From contig NC_043006.1 in NCBI RefSeq assembly GCF_006345805.1, positions 29,512,001 to 29,576,000 of the forward strand: DNA of 64,000 bases, read 5' to 3'. The position numbers and the translations under genes were made by a program. This document shows, one piece after another, positions 26,434 through 38,791 of this stretch (positions within the stretch are counted from its first letter, which is position 1; each line of letters begins with the position of its first letter). The notes beneath the pieces are model-generated. The model saw only the letters and a list, made by a program, of their open reading frames with translations, made no database searches and had not been told where the DNA came from. The stretch comes from Octopus sinensis. Taxonomy: Eukaryota.

Positions 26434-26541
26434 AATATATTATATAGTCTGTGACTATTTCTATTTTCTCACTTGACCGCTGGTTGCAGAAAATTTTTCT
26501 TGAATTTTTCTTGAATTTTTTTGCTACCCTTATATTGATTG

Positions 26542-26580
<39 letters not shown>

Positions 26581-26968
26581 AGGGTAGAGAACACAACACA
26601 CAGCCCAGTCTGGGAGTTCAACTCATTACCTCATGGTTGTGAGCCTGACACACTAACCACAGAGCCAGGTGCCTCCATGGTGCATGGCTCAGTGGTTAGA
26701 ACATTCTTCAGCAAGACACTCTATTTCACATTGCTCCACTTCACTCATCTGCAGATGTGTTGCAACATTGCTGTATTGGCTCTTTTGCCTTTCCCTTGGA
26801 TAACATTGGGGGTGTGGAGAGGGGGGGTGTGGAGAGGGGGGGTGAGGCTGGTATGCATGGGCAACTGCAGGTGTTCTATAAACAACCCTACCTGGACTTG
26901 TGCCTCAGAAGGGAATTTTCTAGGTACAATTCCATGCTCATTCATGATTGAAGGAGGTCTTTACCCTA
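26581..26968. mobile_element. Head-to-head pair of SINE family 3 derivatives (26581-26672 minus; 26679-26968 plus)
   Basis: Minus copy has tRNA A/B boxes then TACCCT. Plus copy has the A box TGGCTCAGTGG, lacks the B-box part, and continues cagcaagacactctatttcac…ctttaccct. Confidence 0.7.
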
Positions 26969-27012
26969 TATATATACTCTACTCTATATATATACTGCAC
27001 TGTCTGTGTGCA

Positions 27013-27043
<31 letters not shown>

Positions 27044-27084
27044 TATATTATATTATATTATATTATATATATTATATTATATTA

Positions 27085-27312
27085 TATTAAGGGCATTACT
27101 ACACATAAATGCCTCACGCTATTTGGGACTCTTAAAGTCAAAACTATGAAGGGAATGCAGCTTTTGAAGCCAACCTTTAAAAACAGATTTTAAGGGTTGG
27201 CTTCAAAGGTTGCATTCCCTCACATTCAGTACACTGAGTATTTATTATGGTAGTTTTGACTTTAAGACTCCTTAATAGCACGAGGCATTTATGTGTTGTA
27301 ATGTTCTTAATA
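27085..27312. repeat. Asymmetric fold-back element H2
   Basis: Arms ~27085-27183 / ~27188-27312, e.g. gaagccaacc/ggttggcttc and cttaaagtcaaaacta/tagttttgactttaag. The right arm has 28 extra nt (27223-27250). Flanked by TA-rich tracts. Confidence 0.9.
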
Positions 27313-27730
27313 AAATATATATATTTAAAGGGAATAATTATAAATTTTTGTCTTATGAGGTTTTCACGCTGACTATTTGATAAATTCTTATTAAGATTTT
27401 ATCCTATTTTAAATTTTATATATTTATATATATTAATTGAAGTGTACGGTATTACAGCATTACAATTGATCTTAACAATCAGTTTCACACTAGGGATTCA
27501 ATGGAGTGTTAGGTAAAATCCAATTATGTAACTCTGCACTCCTCAGAGGTGACAGTTATAAAATGAAATATGGCAGCTGGAGGTGAGAATCGAGCAAGGG
27601 TTAAGTTAAGAGTTATGTTCCTTAGTACCAAAGCACCATCTCTCAGGATTTTGCAAGGCAATAAGAGTTTTCTGGAAGAGAGTGTTATGGGAAATGTGTG
27701 TAGAAATACTACATACGCAGCAATTTTTTG

Positions 27731-27768
<38 letters not shown>

Positions 27769-28424
27769 TCTGTGTTTGTTAGAGTGTTTTCTATCTTTTA
27801 TGCTTTAGTTAAAATATTTGGTTAAATTTTGAGGGCACTTATGCATCCATGGAGTGTGTGTAGGAGTACAATACACGTGGGGGCTTATATTGGGGGGGGG
27901 AAGTCTTTATTGAGTGGATGTTTACCATGTTAGGGTGTGTGTGTGTTTGTGAGTATGTTTGCATATGTTCTGGTCAAACCATTTGCTGGATAAACAGGTA
28001 TTGGTGGAAGGAAGGAGGGGCCAAAGCTGGAGGACTGGTAATTATAGTCATGATGGGACATGCAGGTATGATAGGATGTATTTCCTTTCAAGTGGGCAAG
28101 GATTAAAAATTTCCCTTCTACTGTTCAAGTAGATGCCTGGGTGCTGAGAGCTCTTCAATGCTGCTCTTTTCTCAGTCAGGCACAATCTGCACACTTCCTG
28201 CTGCTATTGAAGTACTCTGTATGTATGTGTGTGTGTACTCTTTTTCAGTGTGGAACAAAAAAAAAACAAAAAAACAAATGAATTTTAAAAAAACTTCAAA
28301 TTTTTCCAACAATTTTTTTCCATTTATTTTTAATGTTTCAGCATTTAATAAATCTACATGGATGTACATATGTGTGTATATTCGTCTGAATATGACTGTA
28401 TATATGACACCATCTCTCTTTCTT

Positions 28425-28459
<35 letters not shown>

Positions 28460-30127
28460 ATATATATATATATATATGGTTAATGTTGGAGTAATGGAGG
28501 ACAGTACTGGCAATGTATAATGAGAAATAGACAAGAGAAAGGGGAGTGGATAGACATGGAATGGATTATTGTTAAGTGGTGGTGATGGATGTCAATAAAG
28601 AGTGACTTGTTGCAGAGTGAGTGATGACTGGCAATACAGGAGGGTGATGGGGAAGTGTATATAGATATATTTGGTTAACCAAATACATAACAAATACTGT
28701 GAAAGTGACCGTGCTTTACCAGTGAGCTACCTGGTATAAACCATTCATTTTATTATCTAATATCTAATAATATATATTTACATATGTGTGTGTGTGTGTG
28801 TGTGCATGTGCACATGAACAGGCATGTACATATGCAGATTCTTCCCCTTACACAATAAGACATTCACACTGTTATAAAACTAAGAACACTTAATTCGGTA
28901 TTTATGGCCTGATAACAGAACTTAGTTTATATACAGGACAGAAGACAATACAGGCTGTGTCCTTCAAAGTTAGATTAGACAGTGAAAATGTGTGTTTGCA
29001 TACAAGAAGATGTGTTGATGTGTGTGTTAAAAGAACACAAAGCAAGTGTTTGTAGACAATAGGTAATTGCCTGAGTTTGGAGATGTTTCAGGGGTGGGGT
29101 AGGGTTATTTCTTGATGGAAACTATATGTTTATGTGACAGGCAGATGTCAACTGTTTCCTGAACCCCCTTCTCAGTACTGGACAAGTTACAATGTTACTC
29201 TAAGTCATTTTGGAGTTATTAGTGCTAACTGGGCCATAGGTATAAATCTGAGAATACTCAAGTTTGGAAACAAGCCTGTATCTTCATTAGACAATATGCT
29301 GAGATGACAGGAGTTTATCAGTATTAAATGGTTTAGAAACTGACCTAAAACGATCTTATCTTAATATTAAAAGCACATAAGTGTTAGTCTAAGAAGCTAA
29401 TTGCTAGACATTGAGAAAGTAACCATTAGGTACAGCAAAGTTTGATATAATATTAAACTGTTTAGATTTGGTTGAGACATTCCAATATCCATATTATAAA
29501 ATTCAGTTGAACCAACATAACAGACAAACTTAGAGATGGTCTAAAATGATGATAACAGGTTTTAAAAGATGGTTTAGTTGATGGTCTATTGCTGATGGTT
29601 ATCTATGAGAACATTTATTGAATTAGACAGTCTAACTGTTGACTTGGAGTTACCTCATCTTGGTAAAAAGAATTTTGTGGCATGAACTAAGATATTTTGG
29701 TATGTAAACTTACATTTATTCATCTCTGTATCTCACCTCCTCCTCACCACAATTTGTCTCACTCAAAACCTTTCTCTTTCCCATTTTAATTCTTGTATAA
29801 CAAGGATTTGCATGGAGTCTCTTCATATTAATATACTTCCCCATCACCTTCCTGTATTGCCAGTCATCACTCATTCTACCATAGATCACTCTTTATTGTG
29901 GCATCTATCATCACCTCTTACAATAATCCATTTCCAAGCCTATCCACTCCCCCCTCTCTCTCTCTCCTCTATTTCTCATTATACCCTACAATTACTCCAC
30001 CATTTTCCATTTTACTTTCTTCTTCTAACAACCTGTTACCCAAATCATCCTCTTTCTCCTGCCATTGCACCTCTAGCTTCCTTTTCTTTTTCAATTGACT
30101 TCATTTCCTGCTTTCATCCTCTTCTCT

Positions 30128-30512
30128 CTACTCTTTTACCCTTTTACTTGTTTCAGTCATTTGACTGCAGCCATGCTGGAGCACCGCCTTTAATCGAGCA
30201 ACTCAATCCCAGGACTTATTCTTTTGTAAGCCCAGTACTTATTCTATCGGTCTCTTTTGCCGAACCGCTAAGTAACAGGGACATAAACACACCAGCATCG
30301 GTTGTCAAGCAATGCTAGGGGGACAAACACAGATGCACAAACACACACACGCATATATATATATACGACGGGCTTCTTTCAGTTTCCGTCTACCAAATCC
30401 ACTCACAAGGCTTTGGTTGGCCCGAGACTATAGTAGAAGACACTTGCCCAAGGTGCCATGCAGTGGGACTGAACCTGGAACCATGTGGTTGGTAAACAAG
30501 CTACTTACCACA
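30128..30512 (-). mobile_element. SINE family 1, near full length
   Basis: High-identity reverse complement of 20167-20545. Confidence 0.9.
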
Positions 30513-30709
30513 AAACAGAATGACCATAGAGGAGTGAGGACTTGGTCCTACAATGAAAGGGACCCAGTGCATTTTGTAAAGTGGCTGGCAAACAAGCAGA
30601 GAAAGTGCTCCATGTTATGATGGCACTTGATAAAGGCATCATCCTAAAATGGTACATAAAATCTGGAGACTGTAAAGCTCTGTTTATCACACATTCAATA
30701 TTCAAACAT

Positions 30710-32172
30710 GTATCTTTTACCTCTTATTGGTTTCAACCAGAGGCTGAGACCATACTGGAGCACCACCTTTCACTGTGATTAGGTTTCTTTTCTGTACTAT
30801 TTCTGGTGAAGCAGTGAGTTAGATGTAACTGCTCTTCTTTGTGTTTCATGCTGTGATGTGGATTCATTTGGTATCTCTGATAAGAATTTGTCCAGATGCT
30901 CTTTGAAGACCTCTACACCTATGCCTTGAAAATATCTAAGGTTGTTTAGCAAAATGTGGAGTAGTTGTGGACCCTTAAAACCCAAGCTGTTACTGTACTG
31001 AGTCCTTATTCTAGATGGAGAAGATGAGATATTTGGCACTATGCAGTGCTGTCCAGTTTCGTAGTTGGTATAGCTTTCAGTTCCAAAGCTGAGAGCAAAA
31101 CCTTCCAAGATCTTATATATATATATATATATATATATATCATTGCATATCTTTGATGCCTTCTCTATAGATAAATAAACTAATGTAGTAATTATTTTCT
31201 CTTTCTTCACGTTCTTCAACTTGTTAATGAAATTTATTTCTGTAATTATGAAACTGTGTATTCTTTTTATAGCGGTTAAAAGAACATGAATTTATTTATC
31301 TTCAACATACATGCACATATAAAATGTCCATTAGGGTTTCAGTGTATATATTTCTCACTAAAGCCGGAGTCAGGATTTATGTATAACGATAACACTTATA
31401 AGTAAGTTATAAGTAATGTGTTTATCAATATAGACTCCTACTTCAAAAATGAAATATATTTATTATCTATTTCCAAATAGGAAACATATAAATAAAATAA
31501 AAACCATTACGAAAGTGGTGGTACGCAAAAAGTAACCAAACTGACTATAAAACAAATGACTGAGAATGAAAGTTCTCCATAAGAGTAGAAGGTATCCTTT
31601 TTCTGGTTCTGAATGATCTCAGAATCCATTCAGCTACTCACCTGTACAGTGTTGCCGTCTTGTTAATATGCACATGAAATGTTGCATCGTTACATACATG
31701 GATTCCCAGGTCACACACCAACTTTGACTCTGGGATTGCCGTACCCCTTGCTTCTTTGTATTCTAATTGTGGTCTGTTTGCAAGCTGACAGTGGAGTGCT
31801 TGAACCTTTTCAGCATTGTGCTGCATGTTTTTTTCCTCAGTCCATTTGTATATTACATTCAGGTTATTTTGAAATTTTAGTATATCATCAGGATCCTTGA
31901 CCACCTGTGATACTTCTGTATCATCTGCATAGCTGGTGAGAGGGACTGTATGGCTGAGGGCATGTTTAAGAGTGCCACTACAAACAGAACTGGTCCCAGT
32001 ACAGTTCCTTGAGGGACTCCCCTGAGAATAGATGTCTTCCGAAAGAGAGCACCACTGGCTGCAACTGACGGACTTTTAAAAAGTCATGCAGTCACTCCCC
32101 CTATTTCCCAGTGCTACCAGTGATACAATTTTTGGCCTATCATCTCATGATCAACTTTGTCAAAGGCTTTGA
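30710..32172 (-). mobile_element. Degraded CR1/L2-like LINE (RT and 3' end), with unrelated AT-rich sequence at ~31114-31575
   Basis: KAFDKVDH (~32150-32170), SGVPQGTVLGPVLF, YADD (31931-31920), DLGI, C-terminal SLGFKGPQL…FKEHLDKFL…SNSL, then a 3' tail at 30715-30770. Confidence 0.88.
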
Positions 32173-32602
32173 GATTTATTTTATGGTTGTAACAAAACAA
32201 AATGAAAGCATGTTCTACTAAAAAGAATAGAAAAAAGTAAATGAAATAAGAAGAATAAGGAAAGCAAAATTAAATTAAGAAATGGATTTTGTTTTCTTTC
32301 AAAAGTAGATTTGAGAAATCATGGAGGCCTAAAAATCTGTTTAAATAAGTTGATTCATCAACTTCTAAGAAATCTTAATTTTTCCTCTTAGATTGAGATT
32401 AAATGCAAGCATTTATATTTCTTGGCTGTGGCTTGAGTGGACATCATTAATTAGGATGGGTGGGCAACCATAAAATCACTTGACCCTAAATTACGTGAAA
32501 AAGTTTCAAGTTTTTAGACATTCAACTATACATTTGGATTCAAATTACTTGTAAATTCATGAACGGTTGAAATTACTACATTTAAGGCTTTTCAACACTC
32601 AC

Positions 32603-32688
32603 CTGAAAGGGATGTTTTGCTTGAGTGTTTCAGCAATACCATCACTGTACTTTATCACAGCATCTTCAGAACCTGTATGTTTCAGCCC
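32603..32688 (-). CDS. Internal exon C (86 nt, phase 0/2) of the PKD-repeat gene
   Basis: Acceptor gttcttaattctttcag| and donor CAG|gtgagt. Open frame GLKHTGSEDAVIKYSDGIAETLKQNIPF; TGS...YSDG aligns with the PKD TGS...WDFGDG segment. Phases match exons B and D. Confidence 0.8.
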
Positions 32689-33139
32689 CTGAAAGAATTA
32701 AGAACATACAGTGGACTTTTTTAAAATTTTGATTTCTAATATAGGCACAGGAGACAAGAAGAGATGAAGAAAAAGTGAAAGAGAGTAAAAAAAGAACAGA
32801 GAGATATTAGAAAATCTTGATCAACTTTTACAAACTTTGGAAAATCAAAGATATCATACAAGAGAAACCTGATCAACTTGAGGACTAGGAATTGAAACAG
32901 AGTTTTTTTTTTGTTTTTATTTGTGTGAACCTCTGACAATTTCTGGTTCCAAGAGAGGAGAGATGATTACTTTACCATACACTAACAGCAGGCTCTTCAA
33001 CCAAAAGATTCCAGACTGGAAACGTGTGAGTCTTGTATTGCCGATGCAATTTCAGAGTTTGAAGACTTTGATTTCTCTAGCAGGAAAGATACCAAAGTCT
33101 TGTATCAGACAGTACCATAAAAAAAAGAATAGTTAGCAG

Positions 33140-33720
33140 CAGCAGTTATGGTCAAAGACCAAATCTTTCAGACCATTAGGAGTCTCATATCTTGGCAGCA
33201 CTTTCTCAACAACTGTCATCATTAACAATGACATCAACAACAGATCTGCCAACACCAGAATTGCCTTTGGTGGACTTAGCCAGTGTCTGAGCATGGAAGT
33301 TATTTGAAACTTCAAACAAAGTTGAAAGTCTATAAAAACCATTGTCCTACTAGCTTTCTGGCTTGCCAATGAGACATAGACTATTTACAAGAAGCATCAT
33401 GAGATTCCAACTGCCAGCACAAAATGCCGCATATTCATGGCAGGACAAGATCACAGGCAGTGAGGGTCTTTAATTACATATTGTTGCCCAACATCTACAC
33501 TCTACTTAGTGGAGCCCAGTGGCAATGGTCCAGTTTCATCGTGAGAATGGTTGACATGGGATTTCCAAATCATCTTTTCTCCACTGAGTTGGTAGGGGAG
33601 AAAGTTTAGAAGCTGAACAGTGAAAATGCATTAAGTATATTCTTAAACCCTCCACAAAATTACTTCAGCATTAAACCAATCATGAGACAGCTTTCTTCTT
33701 GACACATCTCCCTAGCACAG
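33140..33720 (+). mobile_element. Old RTE-clade LINE fragment (second family)
   Basis: SYLGS…DINNRSANTRIAFGGL…TKLKVYKTIVL…ET*T, the typical post-RT region of RTE elements. Confidence 0.7.
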
Positions 33721-33963
33721 CTTCATAAGGAGAAGTCTGATTGGGTAAGTAGTAAATGAGTTGAGCAGAAGAAAGAGGTGAGAAAGTCCAAAGCAGCTGA
33801 CACATCCTTCTTTTAATAATTATATTTTGCATGTATGTGTGTGTGTGTGTGTCATGACTCTATACTCATAAGCAAGCAACAGAGTGAAACACATAAACAC
33901 AACTCAACTACACGTAAGCACTCAACGTGTAAAGCAACCACTAACACTCACAGAGAGAAAGTA

Positions 33964-33998
<35 letters not shown>

Positions 33999-34934
33999 AA
34001 GAGAGAGAGAGAGGGAAAGAGAGAGATTTATATAAAGTCAACAAGTGTAGAAAATTATGGACTAATTTAAGTGTAAACAGTTAAGTAATTTAAAGTAGTG
34101 ATTCAATCTGTGAAGAAATCATGAATTATTTCTTTGTTTGCAATGTATTTCTTGAATAACGAGTTGAATTTTATATATTTAGTGAAATAAATTTATTATA
34201 GTAAAAAATAGCTTCTGGGAATGAAAAACAAATTACTTTGCAACCAACGAAGCGCCAGTTATATAAAAACTTTTGACTTTTTGTAATGATATTTTTCCTA
34301 TTTACCCACAAAAATGACAAGGTAAACTTACTTTTCCCATTCAGTAGTATTTGCTTGGGAACCAGTAAAGGACTTTTACTTTTATTATTTCTAATGAACT
34401 CTCCTAAGCAAAAAAAATTACCCAAATTATTATTGCTAGAACAATCCTACCTTCATTTGTTTAAAATTATTAATGCCATTGCAATTATTTATTGCTGATA
34501 TTCATCAATGGAATAATCTACTTTATTTTACTTCATTCAAACTTAGATGCATTTTCTCCCAATGCATTATGTCCAGTCCACAGACATAAGCACACCGTTT
34601 CCAAGACTAGGCATTACAGTGAACATTTCAAGACATTGATCTAAACTGAGTTATGTTCTTTGTTTCCTTTTTCTTATCCAACCACAATCCTCTTACAATC
34701 AAAAAAAAAAAAAAGATTAATAATTCATATGTTTGACATTAAGAAGAAAATGAAGGCTGCTAAATGATGGAAACTTACACACTACAAAGAATTCTCTTGC
34801 ACAGGTGCTTCACTCACAACAAACTATTTCTTTGTCATTTGGAAAAATATAGGAAAAAAAAACTTAAAAGCAAAAAACATTAAATGACAAAGAACAGGTT
34901 GTGACAAGCGATTATATATATTTTATTTTATTTC

Positions 34935-35183
34935 TTATTTCATCTAGTTTCAGCTCACGAGCTGTGGCCATGCTGGGGCACCGCCATTCGGTGTTGCTAC
35001 ATGATTTTACTTCACAAATGCTTTTTAGCAATTGACATTTGGTGCATGAGAGAGTTTGAAGCAGCTACCCTCATCTGCACCTCCTGCCGTGAAGTTGGTT
35101 CATCTGGGACACCTGACAGGAAGAGATCCAGTTTTATTTTAAAGACATCTGCATCCACCCCATGCAGGTCTCTCAGGTCTTTG
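34935..35183 (-). mobile_element. CR1/L2-like LINE extreme 3' end
   Basis: KDLRDLHGVDADVFKIKLDLFLSGVPDEPT…AASNSL is homologous to the 30797-30960 protein end, followed by the tail GGCGGTGCCCCAGCATGGCCACAG…CTGAAAC. Confidence 0.85.
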
Positions 35184-36734
35184 CTTTTTTTCTTTTTTGC
35201 ATATAAATATAAAGAATAAATAAATTTAAAAAATAAAATAAATGAGCAACAGGAATGATGGGTGTGAAATTAAGGTATTAGACTATTGATTACTCAATCA
35301 ACATTGACAGTATCTTGTATTTTGAGCAAAGGATATAACTCAGTTTGCATCAAGCTACTTGGCTGACAAACAGGTTTAATCTATATCATTTGATTGGCAA
35401 CGGTAAGAAGAACATTCTAGTATAAAATGATTGGGCAAATAATGTTCAAACTTCCAAGTTCTATTCAATCCATCCATGCCAGTTTGGAAAATTAGTTGTA
35501 AATAAATATAATATAAAGACAAACCAATCATCAGAAGAGAGGATTAGAGTAATCTTCAATCACACATTGTTACCTAGAGGAATGATGGTAGCTACAAATA
35601 TTGGATCAGTGTTGCAAACAAAAATGCAGAGGTGAAAAGGAATATTAAACAGAAGAAATCTAGTAAGAGAGCAAAATAAGACAAAGTGGAGGAAGAGAGA
35701 GAGAGAGAGAGAGAGAGGAGGGAAATAAAGGAAACAAGAGAGAGAGTGGATTAAAGAGAAGAGAAATAAGTGATATGAAATTAACTTTGAGTCAAGACTA
35801 AATCTGTTTTCTTCCAACATGCAATTCCAAAACTTTTTAACATTTCCTTTGTCCAGTCAACAAATGAAATAGCCCAAACAATTTGACAGGTTTTCAAATA
35901 CTTTTTCTCTTATTTTCTTTTGTTTTTGAAGCTTCTTTTCACTTTTATTGTTCATAATTTGCCTCTCCACTCCCTTCTCTCAACATTTTGCTTTCTTATT
36001 TTCTTTTATCAATTATATTCTCCTTATCTCTCATTTAGTGTTAATGACACGATGGTTTTAATATTGCAGTTCAATTTAAGCAAAGAGTTAACAGAAATGG
36101 CAGACTGGTGTGTGCTAGATGCCTTATAGCATCTCTTCTGCATTCTGGGTCAACTCCCCTCTTAATCTCTCCAGGTTAATCAAATAAAACAAGCAAGCTA
36201 CAGGAAATATACTACAATATAAAGAGAATCAATTCAATAGACTATACTCCCTCCATTGTACCTAGTTAAAAAAATCAATAATGCAGCTAAACTTACTCTC
36301 CTTGATTGCACCAAGTGAAGATGGTGAAAAATAATGATAGGAAAGAAAAAAATAATAAAAGAAAAAAAGGAGGAAAAAAAAATACTGAATTCTATTAGGA
36401 GTAGGTCAATTCTCTGAGGATTTATTTATAGATTTTTACAAATTAATGGTGCAACCAAAAAAGATGAAAGGCTTATTGGACCAGTTCTGAAGCCAATTCA
36501 TAACAATTTTTATAAATGGACGAAGTGTTGATATTGGTAGTTAAGGGAGAAATGAGAGTGAGTCTATCATCTGCCCGTTAATAGACCAAAAAGAAGGCAT
36601 TTTTCAACTGATGCTTGGATGGGTGCATGATGAATAAATAACACATTTTTTTCAATAATTCATTTTAAACACAAAAAGTAAAAATATATTTCATTCAAGC
36701 AAATGATAATAACAATAACACTAATAATAATAAC

Positions 36735-36769
<35 letters not shown>

Positions 36770-36770
<1 letters not shown>

Positions 36771-37250
36771 AAAAAGATGGGCTACAGCAAATATTCTGTT
36801 CAATACCACAGATTTTTTTTGTCAGTTGTTTGACCATAACCAGTTGAGCATGTCCCTTAATGGCTGACAATATGTGCATCTCTGATCACAAGCAGAAGTA
36901 GTGGGGGAACATCATAACCATGTGTTGAGAAGAATTCTTTGGGGTTTGGATAATTCACTTCTGGAAACATGAGTGTTTCATTCAACATCCTTAAACAACC
37001 CTTATTCAGGAACCTTTTGAGTGGGATGGGTTACTCACCCTGAAGAAAATTCTAACTGGACCCCCACCTGCAAGGTCATGCGTTATCCTGATATGAGATA
37101 ACCATATGTCACGCATATATGTGATGTATGTGCCGCCTGGTGTACCCTTATCAGATGGATAGTCATGGTGGGTATACTGGGTGTCATATATTTGTACCCC
37201 AGTGTCACTTTGATGGCATGCACTGCTCTTGCAATCAATAATAATGATAA
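36770..37250 (+). mobile_element. Probable non-LTR 3' UTR inserted in an (AAT)n tract
   Basis: GC-richer ~470-bp block bounded by (AAT)n upstream (36705-36768) and caataataatgataat downstream. No coding motif seen. Confidence 0.4.
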
Positions 37251-37407
37251 TGTTTTCAAAATTTGGCACTGTTTTCAAGGGGAAGAGATCATCGATTGTT
37301 TCAACCCCCAGTACTCAACTGATACTTATTTTAACACCCCCAAAGGAATGAAGGGCAAAGTCAAGCTTTGCAGAATTTGGCCTCATAACGTAGAGACAGA
37401 TGAATAA
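37250..37407 (-). mobile_element. SINE family 2 fragment
   Basis: tttcaaaatttggcac…ccccagtactcaactgatacttatttt…ggaatgaagggcaaagtc. Confidence 0.7.
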
Positions 37408-37724
37408 GAAACAAAAATTGAATGAGATAATAAGCATACAAAGAATATAAATAAATGGTAATGACAGGAACTTCAACTTATGTCAATCAAGGAACTGCAA
37501 GGATCCAGGACCACTATGACCATCAAAAAATTTGTTAAGTCCAACACAAACTTGATTTTAAATAGTTTAAAAGATGAAGAAAGTTCATTCAGCAAGACAG
37601 TATTTTCTTCACTTTCGAGATTCCCATCACTAAAAGCACCAAACAGCATTGTCAACCATAAGAGGGTGTAATTTTCTCTTCTTAAAATTCTATGAAAACT
37701 TTTGAACCCATGGCCATAGGGAGG

Positions 37725-37898
37725 TTCAGGCAGTTTGTAGGGTTAAGCGTCTCACTTCCTAACTAAATAGTTTTAGGTTGGGTCCTATTCTGTGGAATCT
37801 TGAACCAGTGTCTTGCACTATAGCCCCAGGCAATTCAAAGACTTACGAGAGGATTTGGGCAGTGGAAACTGGTGAGTGTGTGTGTGTGTGTGTGTATG

Positions 37899-37932
<34 letters not shown>

Positions 37933-38530
37933 TAATGAGAGAGAGACAGAAAATGGAAGATATGAGAATCTTTATTGATCACTACAACTGCTTCGACCCA
38001 TCAAGCATCCATGATCCCTCGCAGGTGGGATATTGCACAACCTCAGTGTAGATGTGTCTCCACGGGTGATTTCAAGAGGTATCTCATTAAAATAAACAGA
38101 ATTTATTTATCTTCCAGCTTCCGTTCCTCATTAATCAAATGCCCAACAAACACACTAAGCCAATGAATGTGCTTTGCCTGCAAACTATCAGGTATAAACC
38201 ATATGATTAATTAACTACTACTACACACACACACACCTGTGTCTATATGTGTATGTGTGTGTGAGTGTGTGTGTGCGCGCGCGTGCGTGCGTGCTTGTGT
38301 GGTTTTGTCTCAATATAGCATAATAGTTGTAAGTAAGGGTCGCTGTCATACAAATGGTGACACCTGTTTCTAAACTTCAGTGAAAACATGTCCAGCCATG
38401 GGGAAATATTAGTCGGCTTAGAATCAGGTTAGGGTTGATGACAAGGAGAGTATTGAGCTGTAGAAGATCTGCTGTGAATGAATTCCATCTGACCCATGCA
38501 AGCAGGGAAAAGAAGACATCAATATGAAAT
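37725..38530 (+). mobile_element. Degraded composite SINE: family-1-like head, microsatellites and RTE-like tail
   Basis: Head/core remnant at 37725-37870. Tail ctgtagaagatctgc…gacccatgcaagca…acatcaatatga is similar to 20860-21010 and to the RTE tail. Confidence 0.5.
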
Positions 38531-38570
38531 GAAGTGAATTTGAACAAGTGTTTCAGTATAATGTCCTTAA

Positions 38571-38791
38571 CCCTTTGATTACCAACCCGGCCGAAACCGC
38601 CTCTGGCTCTCTAGTACAAATGTCTTGTTTTCTTAAGTTTTGAATTAAAATCTTCCACTAAACCCTAGTCACAATTTATGTTATTAACACTAGCTTAATG
38701 GTAACTAAGTTATTTTACTAAATTCTTTGTTATATTTAAAATAATTGAAAGAAACACAGAGCATCTCAAAATAAATACGGTAATGAAAGGG
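38571..38791. mobile_element. piggyBac-type MITE (221 bp)
   Basis: TTAA TSDs at 38567-38570 and 38792-38795; TIRs CCCTTTGATTACC / GGTAATGAAAGGG. Confidence 0.9.

Noticed and set aside
23915-27193. YIYI/CVCV/HTHT-rich ORFs, including the 183-aa ORF 26539-27090
   Set aside because: They run through dinucleotide tracts and SINEs and show no coding signal.
28148-28220. Possible pre-miRNA hairpin
   Set aside because: Only ~12 outer bases pair; the interior does not form a stem.
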